A DNA stretch of 64,000 nucleotides from Camelus dromedarius. Lineage: Eukaryota. The translations under genes and the position numbers were made by a program. Of this stretch, positions 24,349 to 35,525 are shown piece after piece; position 1 is the first letter of the stretch, and every line of letters starts with the position of its first letter. Below the pieces are notes generated by a model. The model ran no database searches and had not been told where the DNA came from. It worked only from the letters and a program-made list of their open reading frames with translations. The DNA lies in the NCBI RefSeq assembly GCF_036321535.1, contig NC_087437.1, positions 52,826,001 to 52,890,000 of the forward strand, read 5' to 3'.

Positions 24349-27300
24349 TCTATTAATTGAATTTTATTATGTTTTAAAATTATTGGTCTACAATGTGATA
24401 AATTGGAAATTTAAAAAAATGAAAGCTCTTTGACCACACATAGTGTGACTTGAATTCTCTTAGAAAAGTTCAGTCTGAAACAATCTTCCCATAAGTTTGT
24501 AAATGAACTTTCTGGAGTAAAGAGATATTTGAATGCCCAGCTGGGAGAGTGTGTTTCAAAGATCAAAAAAAAAAAAAAAATCACAAAGAGAAAGAAATCA
24601 CAACTTTAATTTATATCTTAACGTCGTGATTTTCTTAGAGAAACTGGTTAAAATAGAAAGTCCTGGCTTCCACCATCAAGTCAAGACGTAACAGTCCCTG
24701 ATATATTGAACAGGATGGTAACTTGGAGCACTTAAGAGGGGGAATTGGTTTCAAGCAATTCCTCATTTTCCTGGTCTGTAAGATGAGGGGGTGGGATTGA
24801 AAAAAACCCTTCAGTGTTTCTTTCAGCTCTAAGACCATGTGCTTTCATAATTCTATGCTTGACTATTTAAACTTTTCTAAAAAAGGTACCTGCTTGTATG
24901 TGACATGGAGTAACAAGAGGGCTTGAAAAAAGAATTAGATGGGTAATCATTATCCAATCATCATTGTTCTTTCTTCAAATTCAACAGCCTTTTAATGGGA
25001 GAAACTGCCAGACACTGAATCATTTAATAGAGACCAGGGTTCTCTACCACTAACTAGCTGTGTGACTGAGGACAGATGACTTCACTTACTTGTGCCCTCT
25101 GATTAGTAATGAGGAGACTGGACTGATGCCAGCACCTCTAAAGTGTCAAGGGATCCCACAGAGGTGCAAAGGGAGAAGGGTGGGGAATAGAAGGAGTCAA
25201 GCAGGTTGGGTACTTCTTAAGAGTTTTACCCACCCTCAGCTAGAACAGCTTCCATTTTAGAGATCAGGTCTTTGTATAAGACTATTAGAAGAAATACTTC
25301 ACTGCTATAAAAAGTTTGGGCAAACAATCCAGCTATCTGATTGTCAATGACCCTTTCAGCTTTATGTCTGCCTATAAGCATTGTACCAGTTAGTGGCTGA
25401 CTTGCAGTCATAATGTCTAGGTGGCAGGGTTGAAAACTCAAATGTATAGGAGACAGGCAAGTGATGTAAATGTAAGAAGAAGACTGGATGTCAGCCCAGT
25501 GGGGAGCCGTGGGGACTGGTGAACTAGAAAGTGCATGCCTTATCTAAAGGGAACCTCAGAAATTCAGCTCCTGCCCATGGTTGCCACGTGGGGATGTGGG
25601 CACTGCTCTAGGGCTTGTGCGTCCAATATACATTCTGGGAGCTAAATGTGACTCATCTGCTTCCAGACTGTGGCTCACCTGAATTTCCTAAAATTTGTTT
25701 ATGCTAAATAACTAGGACACATGAACTCACGGGCTGGTAGGCCTAATCGTCTTCCCAGTTGGTTAGCACTGTATTTGGCACACGGTAAACAGACTGTGGA
25801 GGTTACAATCATCATTATTATTATCATCAGCATTATTACCTAATAATGATGTAGCAGACTTGGATCTGTTAATAATTGCAATTGAATTCTCACATAATTA
25901 TACAATTTTGTGCTATTCGAGTTTAATTCTTTTAAAAACCATATCATAAAACTAGAGCATTTTGGAGAATTACTGACAAGAGGAAAAAGGAAATAAATGA
26001 TGCCTCACTGTGAACTTGAGTCATGTCCAAGGTGGGCCCTTTGCTACTCTGCCAAGTGTGGTCCTTCAGCCCCATCAAAGCTCACAATGAAAAGTGTGTG
26101 GGCGCCCAGCACTACGGAACACTTGGGTATACATGCTCCGTGTGTGTCTTAAAGTCAGACCTATTCCAGTGATGACCCAACCACACAGTCACACTCAGAT
26201 AGGTGCCTGGATGGTTGATATCTTTCTCAGTCACATGATTACGGTCACTTTAAAAGAAGTTATCATGTCTACAGAATAGGGCCCCTTCCTACTTTTTTGT
26301 TCAAAAATGTCTTGACTTGTCTTTCAAGTTTATAAAATTATTTTTCCAGATAAGCTTGCTTGCTCATATGGGGCATAAATGTCTAGAGTCTGATTTCAGA
26401 CACCACACTGAAATCCTGCCCAGGCGATTGGGGTTCTATCTTTAAAAAAGAAAAAAAAAAAGTTATAAAACGAAAAACTTTAAAAATGCTCTCTCAGTGC
26501 CAACAGCCTAACAAAATTATCATCCTTTCTCTGTACTCTCTCAAAGACATACTTGTACATTGTTAAGTAAATTAAATAATCATGACTCTATTGAATTTGT
26601 TAGCGGCTGGTGAAGGGGTAGGTGGTTACAAAAGTAAGGAGGACATAGTTTCTACCCGCAAAGGGAGGGAGTCAGAGAGGTAAAAAAGAATCTTAAAGTG
26701 GAATAAATCAAGCAGAGGATGACAAGAGTGGGAGGTGGCTAGGGAGAAAGGAGCATAAAAGAGAAGGGTGGGTTAACTCCATGGAATTATCTAGCCTTAA
26801 GTTTCCTAAATTGTTTTGAAATCTGTTCCAGCTGAGGGTTTTTGATGCTGGAGTCCCAGCTGGATCTGGAAGCCAGAGTTATATTTATTTTATATACAGC
26901 GTTGTGTTTTCCTTCTACTAAATTCTATATTGAGAAGTAAACCATTTCTCATGTTACTACAAAGCCTTTATAATTATTTTTGTAATCTACTAAAACACTC
27001 CCCTTACATTAGGTATGTATGTTATATCCAGTTTATCACTAATATAAATAATAGTGACAATAGTATATAACAATAATATAAATAACCGTGGCAAACATCT
27101 TTATACATATAGTTTTATTTCTTCATTACAATTATTTCCTTAGGATAAATTCTGTGGAGTTGAGAGTCTTGGTTTTCAAAATATAATTACTATTTTGACT
27201 TGTGTCATATGGCCCAATTGTCTTCCTAGAGGTTTGTATGAATTTACATTGCTACTAGATTAAGTGGAGTTTCAGTTTTTCCGCAGATTTCCAAGAACTG

Positions 27301-29374
27301 GATTTTTATACATTTTGGGTTTTGTTGTTTTAGTATTTGTGTGTCTGAAGACTAATGAAATAGAGGACATTTTCAAACTGCTTCTTCATTACTTTTGCTG
27401 TTGTTGTGTTAATTGCCTACTTCTGTCTCTTACCATTTGTCTAATGGGGTTGAGGTGATGTTCCTCTATGTATTTTACCCACATTCATGTAGTATAAATA
27501 ATAGCTTTTTGGTAATTATTTCTACAAATAGTTAGAATAGACTGGCCAGTTGTTTTCCTTTTTAAATTTTAGCTTAATTGAGTTTGTGCCAAATTTTCCC
27601 TGGGCCTCTGTGTACTTTGTTTCTGTCTCATGATGGCAGCCATTGGGTTGTGCTGTAATTATGGGTTTACGTGTCTCTCTTCTGTTAAGCCATGAGCGCC
27701 CTTCTGTATGACCAACACCTTGCATAGAACCTGTTACATAATATTTGCTCAAAATTTCTTGTGGAGTCTTGGAAGAAAAAGAATGTTTGAGTGAAAGAAT
27801 TAAATGAGGGAATGCTCCCTAGTGATACTGCCATTTTGAATTTCTAAAACCAGAGACAGACCAGAGTTTTCCTCCTTCATTCAGGAAGACATAAGGAAAA
27901 CCCTTGGCTGACCCTGTGGGGAGGCCTATCTGTTGGAGAGCAGGTCTTCCTCTCTCCCTTGGGGCCTCATCCAAGACTCAGGTCCTACTTGGAGCACCCC
28001 TGGGGGTCTGGTTGGGCAGCTGCTTTCCTTTGGCGCCACTTTCTGGGCAAAAGATTCCAGTGTTTGGATTTTATTAGCCAATAAAATTAAGGGAAAAATG
28101 CTGGAAAAAAATCACAGCACACTGTTGTTACTCTTGTGAATGAATAACAGAACTCGCAGCTAGACTATTAATGTCTAAATGGATTTTCTGTGCTCCAAGC
28201 CAAAACACATTTCATAAAGTTACACAGAGGTGGACGGTATCCCAGTTAATAAAAACAGTTGTGGGCGAAGGATACATGGTCTGACGGAAGGGGAGCTGAC
28301 TGATGCTGGGTTGCTGGGATTGTTACACTTAACTGTGATTTTATTTATTTTTAAAGAAAAATAAAACATTTCATTAAATAGTTGAACTTCAACATCATTT
28401 TCAAAACCTTAACTCCAAAAAGTGAATTTACTGAGCAAATGTTTGGAGATATAAATATGCAAATGGAATTTTATGAGGTAGCTTGAATGATTTTCAACAC
28501 TGTATTATTAAACAGTTTAATCCAATCCTAGCTTGTCCCTAGTCATAGTAGGGATGTTTCTTTTAAGTTCACATTTAATTTGCTTGTTGGAGAAATATCT
28601 CTCCCAGAATTGATGCGCAGTCCTAGAATTTTAGTCAATACTTGAAAACAAAAATAAACAACTCTACAGATTGACAGCTGCGGATACCTTAGCTCAAAGA
28701 ATTATTTCTGTGATCCTCTTCCTCCACAATGTTTTGTGAGAATGTATTTTAGAGTTTAATTTCTTTAGAGCCTCCATCATAGTGAGCCAGAAAAGAAAAG
28801 AAAGAATGCAAGTCACTGTAAGAAAGCTTAAAAAACCCAGGACTTTGATCTGAAAAAGGTAACTTTTCATTCTATTCTTAGAAATCTTCTCATCCCAACA
28901 GATCTCGTTAGTGGTGATCGATGGCTGGCGGCTGGTGGCTGGTGGCTGGTGGTTGGATATCACTTGAAAGTTCAACTGCTTCTTCCATCAAGGCTATTTG
29001 TAACAAAGGCTAGGAAATATGTGGTATGAGACATAAACTGCTAGGCCAAAGTGGTTAGAATCCTGTATATAATATACCTCAATTTCCCCTTTTCATCTGT
29101 ATAATACAGAGATAACGTAGAAGAGTGAGAAAATATAGAAAATAAATTCAATGTATATGTGGAAATGTACCAAATGTGAACTTCTGGACCAAGGAGTTAG
29201 GAGTGATATTTATTGTTTGTTTGCTTGTTTGCATTTTTTTCTGCAATATGCCTGCCCTTTTTAATAGTAGGGGGAAAGGAGATATTTTTCCTTTTCTTTA
29301 ATTTTTTTTTAAATTTTGGAAAATTTTAAACAAACATAAAAATAGCTAGACTAGACTAATAAACCTAGACCATT

Positions 29375-30330
29375 ACCTAAATTTTTGCATTGGGTTTCAG
29401 ACTTGCTTGGGACCTGTGAGCTCTTTTTTCCTTTCTCTCTATTTCAGACTAGGAATATCCATCCCATGCCTGTCCCACCATTGTATTTTGGAAGCAGATA
29501 ATTGTTTTCTGGTTTCACAGGTCCACAGATAGAGAGGAATTTTGCTCCAGGAGGTATCATATCTCAAGTCTTACCTAGAAATGATTTAGATGATGAAATT
29601 TGGGATTAAAAAAAAAAAAAACTGATGACATTTAGGTGAGATTTTGGATTTAGAGTTGATGCTGGAATGACCTAAACCTTTTGGGGATTTTGGGAACAGG
29701 TGAATATATCTTGTACATGGGATGAATGTGAATTTTGGGAGCCAGAGGGCAGACTACACCGGGTTTCCTAATGTCCCCTGAAATTCATGTCCTTCCTGGA
29801 ACCTCAGAATTTGACCTTATTTGGAAACAGGATTGTTGCAGATGTAGTTAAGATGTAAGTTAAGCTCCTGTCGGAGTAGGGTGGGCTCATAATCCAATGT
29901 GACTGGTGCCCTCATAAGAAGAAAAGATACAGAGAGAGACACACAGGGAAAAGACATGTGACACTGGGGATAGAGACTGAAGTGATATGTTTAGAAGTCA
30001 AGGAACACCAAACACCAGACACCAGAAGCAAAGAGGAAAGTATGGAACAGATTCTTTCCTAGTCTTTAGAGAGAGCTTATGGCTCTGCCCACACTTTTGA
30101 CTTCACACTTCTAGCCTTCAGGACTGTGAGACAATAAATTTCTGTGTTTTTTAAAATAAAATTTTAATATAATTTTTGTAAAAAAAAAAATGGAGGTACA
30201 GAGGATTGAGTCCAGGACTTCATGCATGCTAAGCACATGCCCTACCACTGAGCTATACTCCCACCCTGCTCTGTTGTTCTGTACCTATGTACCATGTGGT
30301 ACTTGGTTACAGCAGCTCCAATAAACTAAG
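29375..30330 (+). mobile_element. MaLR internal 3' end plus MLT1B/C-like LTR, interrupted by a SINE
   Basis: MLT-internal-like sequence ends in the purine tract GGGAGCCAGAGGGCAGAC (about 29752). The LTR then reads AAATTCATGTCC...GAACCTCAGAAT...ACCTTATTTGGAAA...GACTGTGAGACAATAAATTTCTG...GTTACAGCAGC. Confidence 0.8.
30150..30267 (-). mobile_element. tRNA-derived SINE (Vic-1-like) inserted in the MLT1 LTR
   Basis: TGGAGGTACAGAGGATTGAGTCCAGGAC...CATGCTAAGCAC...CTACCACTGAGCTATA. Confidence 0.8.
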
Positions 30331-31549
30331 ATAACTTGTATATATGCTACTGTAGTGGTATAGTATGCACGTTATAAAACATATACAGACATAGGTACTG
30401 AAAAATGTGTAAAGATGAAAAAACTACTACTTAAAATAATTTTATCTTGTTTATTTATTGTATATGCAAACAGCTTGAGAGCAATAATATTGAATATTTG
30501 ATGTTTCAAAATAAACTTGCTTTGGAATAATTTTACACTTATAGAGAGGTTACAAAGATAGTGCAGGTGAGTTCTCCAGAGCCTCTCCTGGGGTGGATGG
30601 GGTGGGGTGGGGGGAGCAGCAGGGCCTCCCAGATCAACAGGCAGCCGTGATACCTTGAAGACAGCGCTGACCTTGGACTAGGAGACCAACGTGGAAGCCT
30701 AACGCTGCTGCCCACCGTCTTCCTGCTTCAGTTTCCTTATCCGAAAACAAAGATGGTCATACTTTCCTCATGGAGTCCTGCAGATGAAGTAAATCCTAGG
30801 TTCTCCAGTGCTACCTAACTGACCTTGGAGAAGACCTCTGACTCTTTAAGGCACAGTTTCTTCCTCTGTAAAGCGGAGAGTGTCATACCTTCCCTATAAG
30901 ATTATAAGGGGGTGGGAATTTGTTTAACTCAGGCTACTGGGTTTTTGTTCCTCCCTTTCTTTATCCCTTGGCCACGTTTTCTAGGGTTTTCCTTAAACAG
31001 AGCACTTGTTTGCAGTTGTGAAAATGCCAAAAGGCAGATCAAATACCTACATGGTACGTGAGGTTGCACCACGAAAACTCACTCTGAAACATAGAGCTTG
31101 TGAGGCATGTGCTTGGAGTAGGGGGTTTTGAGGGGGAGAGGGCGCACCCTTAAGGACCTTCCAGCCTTGAGATCCTTTGTATCAGGGTAAGTCAAATCTA
31201 GGCTTGATGCTTTTATGCTGGGAGTAGTCCTCAGCTCTGTCTGGAAAATTCCAGGAGGAGGCTTCTTCAGTACATATGTCTGAGAAGAGCTGATTTGTTC
31301 TAAAACGAGCAAGTGCGTGGGCTGCTACGCACCATTGCTCCTCGGCGCCGCCCCTCGCCCCCACTTCTGCCAGCACCAGCCTTGCTTTCAGCTGAGAAAC
31401 CTCTGCCACCCAGGCTCCTTTCCCCCCAGGCTCTCTCAGGGGAGGGGACATTCCCTGGGATCTGGACTTCAGCCCCTTTCTCCTCCTTTTCCATGGTGAC
31501 TAAGATCACAGAACATCCATTTTAGGGCAGGTTGTTCTTAGATCACTTA

Positions 31550-31720
31550 GTCAATGTTTCTTAATCCTGGTTATACTTTAGAATCTCTTGGTGGAGCTTT
31601 TAATGCATAAACACTCCTGGGTCCCATCCTCAGAGATGCTGGGGAGAAGCCCAGACGTTGGTAATATTTAAAAATCTCCCCAGGTGATTCTAAAGTCCAG
31701 CCAGGGTTTCCAACCAGCCC
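31550..31720. mobile_element. MER5-like hAT MITE
   Basis: TTTCTTAATCCTGG...TTAGAATC...AAAATCTCCCCAGGTGATTCTAAAGTCCAGCCAGGGTT. Confidence 0.6.
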
Positions 31721-32199
31721 AGGGTTTTCAGACTGCTTCTTACTGAAGGCAGAGGTCTTGTCTCTCTTGTTTATGACTGTATCCCCTAGCAACACAAATA
31801 TTTGTTGAATAAATGATCAGATTGACTGCTCAGAGCCCTGGGCAGTCCCTTGGATGCCACAGAGGGTTGGGGAGAGGAGAACCGATTTACTTAGCTCCAG
31901 GCCCTCATTCTTAGTTCAACTTTTATCTGTTGGAGTACTCACCTCCATCTGTTAATTTTTTAGAATATACTTCCAGGTAAGATATGGAAACTCGTCATTT
32001 ACTGATCAAGTCTGGTTGTTTCAGACAAAAGAACAGGGAAAATTTCTTCTGATGCAGCAAGATGGCCTAAGAACAAGTGTTCTTATGATAAAATTCCAAC
32101 ACATGTTCATTAGCAAGAATAATTTAAGTTTAGGGATAATTCAATTACACATTTATGGAGTTCAGTACAACACTATAGCCATTTTTCCTCCTAGACTTT

Positions 32200-33220
32200 A
32201 ATTTTTTGAAGTGTAGTTGATTTACAATGTTGTGTTAGTATTTTTTTAGAGTAGTTTTAGGTTTACAGAAAAGTTGTGAAGACAGTGTCAGTATTCCCTG
32301 TACCCAGTTTCCCCTACTATTAATATCTTGCATGAGTAAGTTATGTTTGTTACAGTTAATGAACTACTATTGATACAGTATCATTAACTAAAGTTCATAG
32401 TTTATTCAGATTTCCTTAGTTTTTACCTAATGTCGTTTTTTCTGTTTCAGAATCCCATCTAGGACACCACATTACATTAATTGTCATGTATCCTTAATGC
32501 CCTTCATGGTTGTGACAGTTTCTCAAATTTTCCTTCTTTTGAAGCTTTGACCGGTTTTGAGGAGTACTGGTCAGATTTTATAGAATGCCCCCTGAATGGA
32601 ATTAGTCTGTTTTTCTCATGATTAGATTGGGGTTGTGGGTTTTGGAGAGAAGAGCCGCAGAGGTAGAGTGCCATTCTCATCTCATCATGTCAAGGATTTG
32701 TCCTAGCAACATGACCAATCACTGTTAGTGTTACTTTGATTACCTGGCTGAGGCAGTGTTTGCCAGGCTTCTCCACTGTATGTTACTCCTCCCATCCCTG
32801 CCTTTTTCCTACTGTATTCTTTGGAAAAGAATTACTCTGCACACTTACAGGATGGAGGGTTATGTAACTCTGCTTGAGGAAGCAGTGTCTACATAAATTA
32901 TTTGGAATTCGTCTACTTGGAATTTTTCTCTTTTTCTTCCTTCCTTCATTTCTTTCTTCTTTCCTTCCTTTCTTTTTTCTATTTATTCAATTTATTTATA
33001 TCAATGTGGACTCTGGATATTTATTTTATACTTAGGGTTATAATCCTATACTTCTTTATTTTAGTTGCTCAGATTGTTTCGATGCATCAGGAGCATTTCC
33101 TGTTGGTTCCCATGTCCTTCTGGCAGGTGACCATCTGTTTTTTCAGTATTTATTTACTCTCTGGCACAACAACATGCTACAGGTTTATCATGCGTATTTC
33201 CTGCCCCAGATTAGAGCCAT
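32200..33220 (-). mobile_element. Old L1M (L1MB/L1MC-type) 3' region
   Basis: TTTTAGGTTTACAGAAAAGTTGTGAAGACAGT...ATTAACTAAAGTTCATAGTTTATTCAGATTTCCTTAGTTTTTACCTAATGTC...CAGAATCCCATCTAGGACACCACATTACATT. Confidence 0.75.
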
Positions 33221-33250
33221 TTAAAATGTACTTGACTTTCTCCTACCTCC

Positions 33251-33363
33251 AAAAAAAAAAAGAAAAGGAAAGGAAAGGAAAGAAAAGGAAAGGAAAGGAA
33301 AGGAAAGGAAAGGAAAGGAAAGAAAAGAAAAGAAAAGAAAAGAAAAGAAAAGAAAAGAAAAAA
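33251..33363 (+). repeat. Compound poly-A/(AAAGG)n/(AAAAG)n microsatellite
   Basis: Directly visible uninterrupted purine tract of about 113 bp. Confidence 0.95.
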
Positions 33364-35356
33364 CAAGAATAAATATGAGAATGAGTTTCAAGAAAAAATT
33401 AAAAAAATAAAATGTACTTGAATTGCTCTTATGTACTCCTTAATTTCAGATTCATGTATATTTTCCTCAGCATAATTTAAAAATTAAAAAAGCCTTAGAG
33501 AGGTGCATTGGGCAGTTATGGATTTTGCAATGTTCGTCAGCTTTTGAAGTTTGTAACTTGTGATTTCTTTCCTTGGTTGATATAAATATACCTAATTTGA
33601 TATTCATGATTTTGTACATTTTTCTTTTAAAAGGTTCCCCTAATTATGCAAGTTTTAGGCCCTAGTGACCTCATGGTGCCCCTAGGCTGCCTAAGTGAGC
33701 CATGACACCTCGGAATGAAGTCTAGGTCTTCAATAGTCAGGGTCAAGAGAGAGAGAATGACAACGTGTGGACATGGGAAAAGCTAGCCCTGCCCGTGGAC
33801 CAGGACAGCTGAGTCATCCCTTAAAAAAGTTGCTAACCGTGGGCCTTTGCTAAGAGCCCTGCTTTGCCAATAATGTAGCTTCAGTTCTTGTATTTGTTAT
33901 TTTACTAATCTCACAGTACTACTGATTCATTCAATAAACATTCCATGGCAACACCTTCTGTGTGCTAGGCATCTTGCTGGGCAGAGCTGGAAATAATAAG
34001 ACAAAGTCTTCAACTCCAAGGAACGTACAGTGCAGAGAAAGTGATAAGATAAGGAGGTATATGGATAATTACACATGGAATGCAGCAGGTGCTCTGAGGC
34101 CTTAAAATTCTCCACGAGAGACTCATTTAGGGGTTGGGAAGTCTCCATAGAGGAAAGGACATTTGGATTGAGTCTTAACAGATGAGTAGAAGTATGCCAG
34201 GCAGAGAAAGGTTCATTTCAGGTGAGGGAGTAGAGTGGCTGTATGAATAAGATTTAGGGTTGTGAAAGGGGTCACCAGAGACACCAGGACACCTGGGGAT
34301 GGTCAGCGAGCTGAAAATGTAATTACGAATCTCTCAGTATCCTTTCCTAGATTAACAGTTCTTGTTTCAGATTCATCTTTGTAACCCTAGCACCTCGACA
34401 ATTCATGGTGACTAACGGGTGCTTAAGAGCTGTTGTTGAGTGAATAGAGAACATGCAACACTTGTGCTAAATGGACTCCTTCAATGAGTGTGAATACTTG
34501 GCTATGAAGATGTCCAGTACAGCATTACACACAATCACAAACATCTCAAAAGAACTTACATTGCCAACCAAAGTGGACTGTTTAGACAAAGTGTAGTATT
34601 TCATTAATACAGTAGAATTCTATGTAGCTCTTAATAACAATAACATTATATTTGTGAATATGAAATGGTATTTATTATATGTTATTGAATGGAAATAGGA
34701 GATTACAAAAACAAATTATACACTATGAGCCCAGTTTTGTAAATTATATGTGTGTATGTATGTACACATACAGTCATAAATCTGTGAAAATTTTGGAAGG
34801 ATTTTGCAAATAACTTCTAGATTATTTTCTCCTTTGCTCCCCAAATTTCTCTATAATGCATATCATGAAATATGTAACAAGAAAAATGTTTTTAGAAGAC
34901 TCAAATTTTGGCAAAAGATGTTTATCAAAAAATCATAAAATAGTAACCAAAAGAGTTCCCTATTAAAATGTAGACACTTGTGTGCTTAGGTGTGTGCATG
35001 TGTGTATGGTGTAGCTATGTCAGTATTTTAACACCTTGTTGCTGCACATTGAATGGTCTTTTCCTACCCATTGTCTCGTTTACTCTTCACTGCAGTCCTG
35101 GGTTAGAGGCCAGGCTGGCATTGTTGTGAGTGAGAAGGTGAAAATACTGGTAACTGATGCTCACAGCCTCAGTCTTGCCTACGTGCTCACAGCTGGTAAC
35201 TGTCTGCGCTGGGACTCGTCCATAAGCCTCTTGACTCCAGGGGCCAGAGAATTTTGCTTTGTTATTCCAGGGACTATCCTGGGGGAGGCACAAACCAGCC
35301 ATATTAGTGTACCATGGCTTTTTCCTGACATTGTAGCCTTTAAAAATCATACTGTC

Positions 35357-35525
35357 TGGGGGAGGGTGTAGCTCAAGTGGTAGAACGCATGATTAGCATG
35401 CACAGCATGCACAAGGTCCTGGGTTCAATCCCCAGTACCTCCTCCAAGAATAAATAAATAAATGTAATTTCTTCCCTCCCCAACCCAAAAACCCAAAATA
35501 CAATAAATAAATGAAAATAAATTTA
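35357..35525 (+). mobile_element. tRNA-derived SINE (Vic-1-like) with 14-bp TSD
   Basis: GGGGGAGGGTGTAGCTCAAGTGGTAGAACGC...GGTCCTGGGTTCAATCCCCAGTACCTCC plus A-rich tail; TSD AAAAATCATACTGT at 35342-35355 and 35526-35539. Confidence 0.92.

Noticed and set aside
32902..33372. 156-aa ORF with hydrophobic N-terminus and Lys/Arg-rich tail
   Set aside because: Translation of T-rich antisense L1 plus the AAAGG/AAAAG microsatellite.
35357..35445. tRNA-like sequence (also at the other six SINE copies)
   Set aside because: A-rich tails, TSDs and diverged stems show these are SINEs, not tRNA genes.
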